Assembly: GCA_050011995.1 (NCBI GenBank) | Contig: JBEKIA010000001.1 | Location: 1 to 51,361 of the forward strand | Length of the DNA: 51,361 bases | Direction of reading: 5' to 3' | DNA from: Verrucomicrobiota bacterium | GTDB lineage: Bacteria; Verrucomicrobiota; Verrucomicrobiia; Limisphaerales; Palsa-1400 | Part shown: positions 9,166 to 18,213 of the stretch, piece by piece | How positions within the stretch are numbered: position 1 is the stretch's first letter | Layout of the letters: each line of letters opens with the position of its first letter | Program-made: the position numbers and the translations under genes | Notes under the pieces: model-generated | Database searches by the model: none | Seen by the model: only the letters and a program-made list of their open reading frames with translations | Told to the model about the DNA's origin: nothing

Positions 9166-9707
9166 ATGTCAACAACCTTGGAAAAGAACGGGCCGGCCCT
9201 CGAGGCCAAGGGGGCCAAGCACCTCATTTTCAACCTGGGCGATGAATTCTATGGCGTCCCGGTGCTCCAGGTCCGCGAGATCATCCGTCTGATGGAAATC
9301 ACGCCGGTCCCGAGGATGCCGCCGTATATCCGCGGTGTGATCAACCTGCGGGGGAAAATTGTTCCCGTGCTCGACCTTCGCCTGCGCTTGGAATTGGCGG
9401 CGGCCGAACCGACCCGAACCACCTGCATTGTCGTGGCCCAAGTCATCACCCCTTCGGGCAGCAGCAGCCAGATGGGCCTGGTGGTGGACGGAGTGGAGGA
9501 GGTTGCGAACATTTCTCCCGCCGATATTGAAGAAATCCCCGAGTTCGGGACAAAGCCCGGCCTCCGGTTCCTTTGCGGCATCACCAAGGCCAAAGGAAAG
9601 GTCCTGGCGCTGCTGGACATTGACCGCGTGCTGGCCGCCGATTCGGTCGAAAAAACCACCTCAAGCACCCCCCCCCGTTGTTCGCAAACCCATCCCGCAA
9701 ATTATGA
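9166..9707 (+). CDS. cheW: CheW coupling protein; the end given assumes a +1C correction in the C9 tract (as sequenced, the frame runs on to 9978)
   Basis: [54 protein letters not shown] is a typical CheW domain. After residue ~170 the listed ORF becomes Arg-rich and overlaps mcp by 275 nt. With C10 the frame ends ...[13 protein letters not shown] at TGA 9705-9707, overlapping the mcp ATG. Confidence 0.7.
9668..9676 (+). other. C9 homopolymer at the cheW/mcp junction (possible slippage or frameshift site)
   Basis: Counted directly: gca + ccccccccc + gttg. Confidence 0.9.
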
Positions 9708-10918
9708 AGAACTGGACCATCAAGAAACGCGTCATCTTCGGGTTCGCTTCCGTGCTGATTCTTGGCGCGGTCGTGGGCCTGACCGCCATCCTTTCCCTCC
9801 ACAACATCCGTGCCGCTTCCGGCGGCGCTTCCGATGCAGCCTTCCAAAAAACCACGCGCGCCGCGGAAATAGAGGTGACCGCGCTGACGCTGGCCGACCT
9901 GCTGGCCGGGATTGGTTTTGCCATCGTGATCATTACCGGCCTGGGCCGTGTGCTCAAGCTCATGGCCGCCTCCCTTGACCAAGGCTCGGATGAAATTGTG
10001 GCTGCATCCGGCCAGGTTTCAGCGTCCAGCCTTGCCCTGGCGGAAGGCGCCAGCGAGCAGGCCGCTTCCTTGCAGGAAACCAGCGCGTCGCTGGAAGAAA
10101 TCTCCAGCATGACCAAAAAGAACGCGGCCAACGCGCAAACCGCCAAAGAACTGGCCAACAAGACCCGCCTTGCGGCCGATGCCGGGGCCGGCGACATGCA
10201 ACGGATGAGCCAGGCCGTGCAGGAAATCAAATCCTCCGGCGACGACATCGGCAAGATCATCAAAACCATTGATGAGATCGCCTTTCAAACCAATATCCTC
10301 GCTCTCAACGCCGCGGTCGAGGCCGCCCGGGCCGGCGAGGCGGGAGTGGGCTTCGCCGTGGTTGCCGACGAGGTGCGCCACCTGGCCCAGCGCAGCGCCC
10401 AAGCCGCCAAGGAAACCGCCATGAGAATTGAAACCGCCATCGCCAAGACCTCCCAAGGCGTGCAGGTCAGCCGCAAGGTGTCAGAAAGTCTGGTGGAGAT
10501 TGTCACCCATGTGCGCCAGGTGGATGAGTTGGTGGCTCAAATCGCCTCGGCCTCCCAGGAACAAAGTGAAGGCATCGGCCAGGTCAGAATAGCGGTCACT
10601 CAACTGGAGAAGGTCGTCCAGAGCAACGCCGCCACCGCCCAACTCAGCGCCAGCGCCGCCGAGGAACTCAATGCCCAGGCCCAGTCTTTGCAGGGGATTG
10701 TGGATAAATTGCTGGTTCTGACCGGAACCGCCCAGCTTGACTCCGCCCAAACCTTCCCCGCCGCCGCGGTCGCAAAATCACGCAGTCTTGCGGCTCCTGG
10801 CTCCGTATTCAACCGGCACAATGGCCAAGGCCGGATCGGTCCCGCGCCGGCTCTGGCGGGCGCCTGGCCGCGCAAATCCTCCGAACTGCCGCTGGAAGGC
10901 GATTTCAAGGACTTCTAA
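9704..10918 (+). CDS. Methyl-accepting chemotaxis protein with a minimal periplasmic loop and a C-terminal DFKDF pentapeptide
   Basis: [14 protein letters not shown] start; two TM segments separated by about 25 aa; highly conserved signalling tip [43 protein letters not shown]; tail ends EGDFKDF. Confidence 0.85.
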   Translation: MKNWTIKKRVIFGFASVLILGAVVGLTAILSLHNIRAASGGASDAAFQKTTRAAEIEVTALTLADLLAGIGFAIVIITGLGRVLKLMAASLDQGSDEIVAASGQVSASSLALAEGASEQAASLQETSASLEEISSMTKKNAANAQTAKELANKTRLAADAGAGDMQRMSQAVQEIKSSGDDIGKIIKTIDEIAFQTNILALNAAVEAARAGEAGVGFAVVADEVRHLAQRSAQAAKETAMRIETAIAKTSQGVQVSRKVSESLVEIVTHVRQVDELVAQIASASQEQSEGIGQVRIAVTQLEKVVQSNAATAQLSASAAEELNAQAQSLQGIVDKLLVLTGTAQLDSAQTFPAAAVAKSRSLAAPGSVFNRHNGQGRIGPAPALAGAWPRKSSELPLEGDFKDF

Positions 10919-13008
10919 TGTTGCCGCCTGAAAAGATCGCCCAATGGCAGAACCTTGGAGAAAAGATCGCACGGGAACTGGTCTTTGCCGAGGCCGGCAA
11001 GGACTCCGGTCTCCTGCCGATAAACCATTTGCTCGGACTGATCGAAGATAAAATCCGCGAGGACGGGACGCCGGAGCCGCTCGTTCTGGGAGCCCGACAG
11101 GCGCGACGCTGGCTGGACAAAATCTTTGATTCCTCCGGCCTGTTCAGTCAAGAGGAGATTGACCGTTTTGGAGCGTGGGCCGGCTGGTGGGAGGAGGCTC
11201 TCCAGGCCCTCGCAGGCCAGCGCCCCCCCCCCGCGCCGCCATCAGACCGGGACGCTGACATCGCCCCGCTCCCGGCCCCATCCGCCCCGGTTCCCCCGCT
11301 CCAACCGGCCGCCGGGGAGGAACCGGTCCTGACGCTGGATTTGGGAAAGGACCGCGAGTTGTTGGGGGAGTTTGTCAGCGAATCATTGGAACACTTGCAG
11401 AACATCGAGCAAGGCGCGCTCGTGCTGGAAGCCAACCCCTCCGACGCGGAGACGCTCCATTGCATCTTCCGCGCCTTTCACACCTTCAAAAGCAGCGCCG
11501 GGTTCCTCAACCTTCCCGCCATGCAAATTCTGGCGCATGAATTGGAATCTTTGCTGGAGCTGGCCCGGCAACAAAAACTGGCGATAACACGCGCTGCCAT
11601 TGACCTTATTCTGGCCGGCGCGGACACGCTCAAACAGTTCATCAGGGAAATCAGCGCCCAACTGGCCAGCCGCCAGCCGTCCGGCCCGATTCTCATTCCC
11701 ACTTTGGATTTGTTGGCGCGCCTTCGCGCCGCCTTGGCCGATCCATCCGTCCTCCAGCCCGAATGGGTTCCAACGGCCGGGCTTCCCCCGTCTCCCATGC
11801 CCCCGGAAACCCCCAAAGGAAACAGGGAGAGCGCGGCAGTCAAGGTGGACACCGCCAAGCTTGACAGCCTGGTGGATTTGGTTGGCGAGATGATCATCGC
11901 CCAATCCATGGTGATGCAGAACGGGGACTTGGCCGCATTGCGCAACGAGCCATTGAACCGGAATCTGGCCCGGCTCCGGCACATCAGCAAGGAATTGAAG
12001 CACACGGCCCTGTCCCTGCGCATGGTGCCCATCCGCGACACGTTTCAAAAGATGAATCGGCTGGTGCGGGATCTGGCGGGCAAGGCCGGCAAGCCGCTGC
12101 ATCTGCTCACCCAGGGCGAAAACACGGAACTGGACCGCGCACTCGTGGAGGAAATCAACGATCCCCTGATCCACATGATTCGCAATTCAGTGGATCATGG
12201 CATCGAGAACGCCCAACTGCGGCAACAGCGCGGCAAGCCGCCCCACGGAACGATCTGGCTCAACGCCTTTCACCAGGGCGGCAGCATCGTCATTGAAGTC
12301 CGCGACGATGGCAACGGCCTGGATCGCGAACGCATCCTCGCCAAGGCCGTCCAGAACAAGATCGTCAAAACCGGAGATCATCTCCAGGAGAACGAAGTCT
12401 TCCGCCTCATCATGGCCCCGGGCTTCTCCACCGCCGAGAAAGTGACCGATCTATCCGGGCGCGGGGTGGGACTGGACGTGGTGCAGCGCAACGTTGAAAA
12501 ACTTCGCGGCAAGATCGAAATCCAATCCGCCGCCGGGCAAGGCTCGACTTTCCGCATCCATCTTCCGCTGACCCTGGCCATCATGGACGGCCTGATTGTC
12601 GGAGCCGGAGGCCAGCGGTACATTGTGCCCGCCTCGAGCGTTTGCCAGTCTTTCTCCCTGTCCGCCGGCAGGATCCAGACCGTTCAAGGGCGCGGAGAAA
12701 TGATCGAAGTGCGGGGGAAACTCCACCCCTTGCTCCGGCTTTGCTCCCACTTTGGAATCCAGCCGGCTTCGACGGACCCGGCTGCTTCCATTGCCGTCCT
12801 GGTTGCATCGGGCAGCCGCTCGCGCTGCCTGGTGGTGGATCAATTGTTGGGCAAGCAGGAAGTGGTCATCAAGAGCCTGGGCGAAACCTTTCGCGGCCCA
12901 AGCTGTGTCGTGGGCGCCGCCATCATGGGGGACGGGCGCGCGGCCCTGATTCTGGATGCTCATGCGCTGGTGGATCTGGAATCCGTCCCCCTGGAGGCAG
13001 CGGCTTGA
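10918..13008 (+). CDS. cheA: Histidine kinase CheA with an N-terminal extension of about 150 aa
   Basis: Hpt motif FRAFHTFKSSAGFLN; P3/P4 motifs DPLIHMIRNSVDHGIE, DDGNGLD and GRGVGLDVV; a C-terminal CheW-like domain. The ATG overlaps the mcp stop (TAATG). Confidence 0.9.
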   Translation: MLPPEKIAQWQNLGEKIARELVFAEAGKDSGLLPINHLLGLIEDKIREDGTPEPLVLGARQARRWLDKIFDSSGLFSQEEIDRFGAWAGWWEEALQALAGQRPPPAPPSDRDADIAPLPAPSAPVPPLQPAAGEEPVLTLDLGKDRELLGEFVSESLEHLQNIEQGALVLEANPSDAETLHCIFRAFHTFKSSAGFLNLPAMQILAHELESLLELARQQKLAITRAAIDLILAGADTLKQFIREISAQLASRQPSGPILIPTLDLLARLRAALADPSVLQPEWVPTAGLPPSPMPPETPKGNRESAAVKVDTAKLDSLVDLVGEMIIAQSMVMQNGDLAALRNEPLNRNLARLRHISKELKHTALSLRMVPIRDTFQKMNRLVRDLAGKAGKPLHLLTQGENTELDRALVEEINDPLIHMIRNSVDHGIENAQLRQQRGKPPHGTIWLNAFHQGGSIVIEVRDDGNGLDRERILAKAVQNKIVKTGDHLQENEVFRLIMAPGFSTAEKVTDLSGRGVGLDVVQRNVEKLRGKIEIQSAAGQGSTFRIHLPLTLAIMDGLIVGAGGQRYIVPASSVCQSFSLSAGRIQTVQGRGEMIEVRGKLHPLLRLCSHFGIQPASTDPAASIAVLVASGSRSRCLVVDQLLGKQEVVIKSLGETFRGPSCVVGAAIMGDGRAALILDAHALVDLESVPLEAAA

Positions 13009-13012
13009 ACTT

Positions 13013-13840
13013 ATGAGAACCCCCATCGCAGAGCGGCAAGCCTGCCGGCTCATCAGCCAACTGGTCTGCGACCGCTACGGCATCCAGATGCGCGACGGCA
13101 AGGAAGCGCTGATCCAGGCGCGTTTGGGCAAACGAATCCGGAATTTGGGCTTGGCCGGCGTGGCGGCTTACTGCGATTTGTTGCGCAAGCGCGATGACCC
13201 GGAAGAGTGGACGCTCGTGGTGGATGCGCTGACCACCAATTGCACCCAATTCCTGCGCGAGGCGGATCACTTCTCCTGGATGGTGGAACAGGCGGTGCCG
13301 TCGGCGCCGAAACAGAACGGAAAGCCCTTCCGGGTCTGGAGCGCCGCTTGCTCCTCGGGTGAGGAGGCCTGTTCCATTGGGATGTGCTTGGCCGAACACG
13401 GCCCGGCCGTCCCCGGCTGGGACTGGGAAGTGACCGCTTCGGACATCTCCACCAAGGTGTTGGGAAGGGCCAAATTGGGCATTTACGCCGAAGACTCCTT
13501 GAAAGAACTGCCGCGACCGTGGTTGCAAAAGTATTTTCAGAAAGGCCTCGGCCAATGGGAGGGGTATTACCGCGTGAAACGCATCATTGCCGACCGCATC
13601 CACTTCCAGCAGATCAACCTGATGGCAGACTACAGTCATCCGCACCCCTTCCAGATCATCTTCTTGCGCAATGTCATGATTTACTTCGACCACGCCAGCC
13701 GGGAGCAAATAGTCAACCGTCTTTGCCGCTTCCTGGTCCCGCAAGGGTATCTTCTGACCGGCCATTCCGAAAGTCTTAACGGGTTGAACGTCCCCCTGCG
13801 GTATCTGCGGCCCAGCATCTACCAAAGCACCCTTCCTTGA
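13013..13840 (+). CDS. cheR: Chemotaxis protein methyltransferase
   Basis: TNCTQFLRE, VWSAACSSGEEACSIGM and IFLRNVMIYFD are present. ATG 13013 lies 4 nt after the cheA stop. Confidence 0.85.
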   Translation: MRTPIAERQACRLISQLVCDRYGIQMRDGKEALIQARLGKRIRNLGLAGVAAYCDLLRKRDDPEEWTLVVDALTTNCTQFLREADHFSWMVEQAVPSAPKQNGKPFRVWSAACSSGEEACSIGMCLAEHGPAVPGWDWEVTASDISTKVLGRAKLGIYAEDSLKELPRPWLQKYFQKGLGQWEGYYRVKRIIADRIHFQQINLMADYSHPHPFQIIFLRNVMIYFDHASREQIVNRLCRFLVPQGYLLTGHSESLNGLNVPLRYLRPSIYQSTLP

Positions 13841-14364
13841 ACATGCCATCCCCTTGCCTTAACGAAATTGCCGGTATTGAAAACAAGCTGATCGTCCAGA
13901 TCGGCTGCCTGGCCGTTTCCAACCATCCCAAGGCCTTGCTCACCACCTATTCGCTCGGCTCCTGCCTCGGAGTGGCCATTTATGATCCCGTCGCCCGGGC
14001 CGGCGGATTGCTTCACGCCATGCTGCCCGACTCCTCCATCAATCCCGCCCGGGCCGCCGAGCGGCCCGGCATGTTTGTGGACACGGGTGTGGCCGCCTTG
14101 TTCCGGGCCTGCTACCAATTGCGGGCGGACAAGCGCCGGCTGCGCATCTGCCTGGCGGGGGGAGCCCAGTTCATGGACAAAACCAACTTCTTCAACATCG
14201 GCCTGCGCAATTACCAGCAGTGCAAGGACATTCTCCGCCAACACGGCCTGCCCATTGCCGCCGAGCAAGTGGGCGGATGGGTCAGCCGCACCATCCAGTT
14301 GAACATCAAGACCGGCGAGGTTCGTTTGAAAACCTCCGGCCAAACCTCGGAATTAGTTCTTTGA
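13837..14364 (+). CDS. cheD: Chemoreceptor glutamine deamidase/methylesterase CheD
   Basis: TYSLGSCLGVAIYDPVARAGGLLHAMLPDS is the CheD signature. The start is TTG 13837 (overlapping the cheR stop) or ATG 13843. Confidence 0.8.
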   Translation: MNMPSPCLNEIAGIENKLIVQIGCLAVSNHPKALLTTYSLGSCLGVAIYDPVARAGGLLHAMLPDSSINPARAAERPGMFVDTGVAALFRACYQLRADKRRLRICLAGGAQFMDKTNFFNIGLRNYQQCKDILRQHGLPIAAEQVGGWVSRTIQLNIKTGEVRLKTSGQTSELVL

Positions 14365-14375
14365 AGGAGCTTGCG

Positions 14376-15224
14376 ATGCAAATCCTGGACGACTACATCA
14401 ACAAAGTAAAATCACTCCCCCCGGCCCCGCGCCTTCTGCCGCAGTTGCTCCGGCTGTTGAACGAGGACGATGTGGACGCCGGGCAGGTCGTGGACCTGAT
14501 CACCTACGATCCCGGCCTGACCGCCAAACTGCTGCAACGCTGCAACAGCGCCGCCTTGGGACTCTCCTCCCCGGTGCATGAACTCTCCCAGGCAGTGGCG
14601 ATCCTCGGCTTCAATAAAATCTACCGTCTGGTCGCCGTGGTCATTGGCGAAGGCATGCTGGGGAACGCCCAACACGGCTATGGCATTGACAGCGGCGAAT
14701 TGTGGGAGCATTCCGCCACCACCGCCATTGCCGCCAAGGTCATCGCGGAACGATTAGGCGCCGACGAGGACCTGGCTTTCACTGCCGCCTTGCTGCACGA
14801 CATCGGGAAAGTCGTTCTCAACGGTTTCCTGGAGGGCGCCTACGAGCCGGTGCTGGAACAAACCGGCGCCTCCGGAAAATCTTTCGTGGAAACCGAGAAA
14901 ACCATTCTGGGCGTGGAACACTCCGAAGTCGGCGGCCGCGTCCTGGCGCGCTGGCATTTTCCTGAAAACCTGGTGCAGGCGGTTTGGCATCACCATGATC
15001 CGGCCGAGGCCTGCCCTCATCAGCAACTGGCCGGGTACGTCTATTTGGCCGACCTCGTCGCCCACTGCCTCGGCCAGGCCCAGGGCATTCAATCCTTTGC
15101 CGTGCGCGGCAGGCCGGAAGTGCTCGAAATGCTCGAAATCACCCCCAGGGAAATCGAGCGCTTTATCCTGCAAACTTCCGCAGCCGTGGAAGAGGCGCAT
15201 GGGGTCATCCCCATCCACCCGTGA
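14376..15224 (+). CDS. HDOD domain protein embedded in the che operon
   Basis: LPPAPRLLPQLLRLLNEDDVDAGQVVDLITYDPGLTAKLLQRCNSAALGLSSPVHELSQAVAILGF and LLHDIGK match HDOD. GAAGGAG lies 6 nt upstream of the ATG. Confidence 0.8.
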   Translation: MQILDDYINKVKSLPPAPRLLPQLLRLLNEDDVDAGQVVDLITYDPGLTAKLLQRCNSAALGLSSPVHELSQAVAILGFNKIYRLVAVVIGEGMLGNAQHGYGIDSGELWEHSATTAIAAKVIAERLGADEDLAFTAALLHDIGKVVLNGFLEGAYEPVLEQTGASGKSFVETEKTILGVEHSEVGGRVLARWHFPENLVQAVWHHHDPAEACPHQQLAGYVYLADLVAHCLGQAQGIQSFAVRGRPEVLEMLEITPREIERFILQTSAAVEEAHGVIPIHP

Positions 15225-16309
15225 ACCCCAAACCCATTCGCCTTTTGGTCGTGGATGATTCGGCGCTGGCCCGCCGGCTCACCACCGACAGCCTGGCTCC
15301 GTTTCCCGAGATCGAAATCGTCGGCACCGCCCAGGATGCCTATGCCGCCAGGGACAAAATTCTCCAACTCAAGCCGGATGTGATGACGCTGGATATTGAA
15401 ATGCCCCGCATGGATGGCGTCACGTTCTTGAAGGCCGTCATGAAACATCACCCCATGCCGGTCATCATCCTCAGTTCTCTCACTTCCGCCACATCGGACA
15501 AGCCGTGGGAAGCCCTCCAGGCCGGAGCGGTGGAGGTGGTGGAAAAACCGGCCGGCGGGGTTTCCGCGCGCGCTCATGGCCTCCATTTGGCCGAACTGAT
15601 CAAAGCCGCCGCCGGCGCAAGGCTGCGCCCCGCCCCGCCGGAGGCCGCGCTCCCGCAAACCCGCCAACTCCACCCCCCGCGAACCTTCTCCGAGCGCGGC
15701 ATTATCCTGATGGGTTCGTCCACCGGCGGAACCGAAGCGCTCAAAACCGTCCTGACCTCCATGCGGGGCGACCTCCCCGGCGTGTGCATCGTCCAGCATA
15801 TCCCCCCTCTTTTTAGCAAAACATTCGCGGAGCGGATGAACAAGCTTTGCGCCATGGAAGTCCGCGAAGCCAGGGACCGCGATGTGGTCCAACCCGGATT
15901 GGCCCTGGTGGCGCCGGGCGGTTATCACATGCTGCTCCAATGGCAGGGCCGCCATTATCAGGTCCACCTGAACCAAGGCCCTCCCATTCACCACCAGCGT
16001 CCGGCGGTTGACATCCTTTTCGATTCGGCGGTTAATGCAGGAGCGGCGCCCCACGCGGCCGCGGCGCTGCTCACGGGAATGGGGACTGATGGCGCAGCCG
16101 GTTTGCTCCGTCTGCGCAATGAAGGGGCCGCCACTATCGCGCAAAATGAAGAAACATGCGTTGTTTTTGGCATGCCGCGGGAGGCCATCCGCCAAGGGGC
16201 GGCCCAGCATGTTGTCCCTTTGGAGCGGATTGGACCCCTCCTGGACCAGCTCATCTCAAACCCATCGGCCATGACCAGAAAAGGCGCTGCCGCCGACCCA
16301 GCATTATGA
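15221..16309 (+). CDS. cheB: Protein-glutamate methylesterase CheB (REC plus esterase domain); GTG start overlapping the HDOD stop
   Basis: IRLLVVDDSALARR, DIEMPRMDG, GSSTGGTEAL and GMGTDGAAGL are present. Confidence 0.9.
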   Translation: MNPKPIRLLVVDDSALARRLTTDSLAPFPEIEIVGTAQDAYAARDKILQLKPDVMTLDIEMPRMDGVTFLKAVMKHHPMPVIILSSLTSATSDKPWEALQAGAVEVVEKPAGGVSARAHGLHLAELIKAAAGARLRPAPPEAALPQTRQLHPPRTFSERGIILMGSSTGGTEALKTVLTSMRGDLPGVCIVQHIPPLFSKTFAERMNKLCAMEVREARDRDVVQPGLALVAPGGYHMLLQWQGRHYQVHLNQGPPIHHQRPAVDILFDSAVNAGAAPHAAAALLTGMGTDGAAGLLRLRNEGAATIAQNEETCVVFGMPREAIRQGAAQHVVPLERIGPLLDQLISNPSAMTRKGAAADPAL

Positions 16310-17430
16310 GCATCAAAATATTAGTTGTGGATGACAGTAAGATCATTCGCAGGATCATCGCCAATGCGTTCCAGCCCTATGACTGCGCCATCCTGGAATC
16401 CACCAACGGAGCGGACGGCCTGGCGGCCGCCAGCCGCGAGAAACCCGACCTCATGCTGCTGGATTACAACATGCCGATCATGGACGGCTTCGAGGTCCTC
16501 ACCAGGCTCCGGGCCGACGCGGACCTCAAAGCAACGCCCGTCATTGTGCTCACGACCCTGTCGGACCGGGACACGGTGGTGAGAATTGCCCGCCTGGGCG
16601 TGCGCGATTACCTCATCAAGCCTTTCAAAGAGGAAGTCCTGGTCGAACGGGTGGGACGCGTGGTGGCCCTCAAATCCAAATCGGAAAGCGGCGTCAGAGC
16701 CAAGCGCGAAGACGACCCGATCCATATACTGGTGGTGGACGACAAGCCGGCCATCGCGGAACAAATTCGCGCCGGATTGGCCGGCACAACCTGGAAGGTG
16801 ACCAGCGCCAGCCAGCCCGCCCAGGCCCTGGAACTGTGCCAGGCCCAAGGGATTGACCTCGTCCTGGCCAGCTTCTCCCTTCCGGCCAATGGAGCACAAC
16901 GGGTCCTCCAAGATCTGCGCGCCAGCGCCGGCACCGCCTCCATTCCCGTCTTTGGCCTCTGTGTCAAAACCGCCGCCGCCGAACACGCGCGCTTCGCCGA
17001 GGCTGGTTTTGCCGGCCTCCTCACCAAACCGATTGACTGCGAGGACCTCAAGGCAAAAGTTTCCCGGGCGCTCAAGCTGGAAACTTTCTACAAGTACTTT
17101 CGCCAGCACGAGGGGGCGCTGGTCTTGTGCCTGCCCAACAAATACAATCCGGAAATCCGCGAGGCGGTCCTGGCCGACCTCAACAGCCGGTTGTCCGCCA
17201 TCGTGGATGCCGGCGGCGACAAGCTCATCGTGGATCTGAGCGCCGTCGCGGAGCCTACCCTTCCGATCATGGAACTGGTTCTCGCTGCCATCCAGGCCGC
17301 CGCCGACCTGTCCATCAAACACATCATGGTGGGGCCCGAAAGCCTGCGCGCCAAATTCCGGAACTACCAGGAATCCCAAGCCTGGAATTTCGCCGGCACC
17401 GTGGAAGCCGCCGCCGCCTTGTTGAAATAA
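16306..17430 (+). CDS. Response regulator: canonical REC, a pseudo-receiver, and a STAS-like C-terminal domain
   Basis: REC1 has VVDDS / LLDYNMP / VLTT / IKPF. REC2 has VVDDK, but Ser replaces the phospho-Asp (LVLASFSLP). The C-terminus LIVDLSAVAEPTLPIMELVLAAIQAAADLSIKHIMVGP resembles anti-sigma-antagonist/STAS folds. The ATG overlaps the cheB stop (ATGA). Confidence 0.75.
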   Translation: MSIKILVVDDSKIIRRIIANAFQPYDCAILESTNGADGLAAASREKPDLMLLDYNMPIMDGFEVLTRLRADADLKATPVIVLTTLSDRDTVVRIARLGVRDYLIKPFKEEVLVERVGRVVALKSKSESGVRAKREDDPIHILVVDDKPAIAEQIRAGLAGTTWKVTSASQPAQALELCQAQGIDLVLASFSLPANGAQRVLQDLRASAGTASIPVFGLCVKTAAAEHARFAEAGFAGLLTKPIDCEDLKAKVSRALKLETFYKYFRQHEGALVLCLPNKYNPEIREAVLADLNSRLSAIVDAGGDKLIVDLSAVAEPTLPIMELVLAAIQAAADLSIKHIMVGPESLRAKFRNYQESQAWNFAGTVEAAAALLK

Positions 17431-17655
17431 GCCGGAACGGACGCTTTGGTCAAATCCTCTCTTGCTCCCATGCTCGCAGGGGCTTTGATGTTCTTGACGC
17501 GGAGATTTCGCGCCTTAATCTTCCCTTAAGGTTTGTTGTGGCAGGGTGGGGCGTGAAAAGAGGGCCGTGGCGCGGTTGCGGACGGGCGTTGCAAGCCGTC
17601 CAGCCACAAGAAGCGAAAACATAAACTTACGAACTTAATGAGAGGAGAATGATCC

Positions 17656-18213
17656 ATGAAACTGAAAACAATGTTAGGCGTTTGGGGGGCGGCCGCCGCC
17701 CTGGGCCTGTGCGCGGGAAGCCTCCTCGCTCAGAATGACGACGGCGGCGCCGCGGGCGGCCCGGGCGGGTTTGGCGGTCCCGGCGGTTTTGGCGGCGGCA
17801 ATTTCGATCCCGCCCAGTTCCAGCAACAGATGCAACAACGCATCCTGCTCCAAGACCGGCAAAGTCTGGCCATCACCAATGACGATGAATGGGCCGTGAT
17901 TCAACCGCTCATTCAGAAGGTGATGGACGCGCAACAGGCGCTGGGCACCGGCGGCATGGGGATGCGCGGCGGCGGGCGGGGAGGCCGCGGAGGAGCGGGC
18001 GGGGTTGGGGCGCAAGCCAGCGCGGAACAGCTCACGTTGCAACAGGCCCTGGCCAATGGCGCGCCCATCGCGCAGATCAAGGACCTGCTCGCCAAGTACC
18101 GCGCCGCCCGCAAAGTCAAGCAAGACAACCTGGAAGCCGCCCAAGCCAACCTCAAGAAGCTCCTCACCGTCAGACAAGAGGCGCAGGCGGTTCTGCTGGG
18201 GCTTCTTCCATGA
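17656..18213 (+). CDS. Secreted Gly-rich periplasmic protein with two LTXXQ motifs (CpxP/Spy-like)
   Basis: Signal peptide MKLKTMLGVWGAAAALGLCAGSLLA; LTLQQ and LTVRQ motifs; GAGAGGAG lies upstream of the ATG. Confidence 0.6.
   Translation: MKLKTMLGVWGAAAALGLCAGSLLAQNDDGGAAGGPGGFGGPGGFGGGNFDPAQFQQQMQQRILLQDRQSLAITNDDEWAVIQPLIQKVMDAQQALGTGGMGMRGGGRGGRGGAGGVGAQASAEQLTLQQALANGAPIAQIKDLLAKYRAARKVKQDNLEAAQANLKKLLTVRQEAQAVLLGLLP

Noticed and set aside
9708-9978. The 3' extension of the listed cheW ORF (to 9978)
   Set aside because: It lies beyond the CheW domain, is Arg-rich nonsense, and overlaps the mcp coding frame. It is better explained by an indel in the C9 tract.
11383-17379. Minus-strand ORFs inside the che operon (11383..12174, 12923..13849, 15089..16210, 16321..17379 and others)
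   Set aside because: They are shadows of cheA, cheR, cheB and the response regulator, with no motifs.
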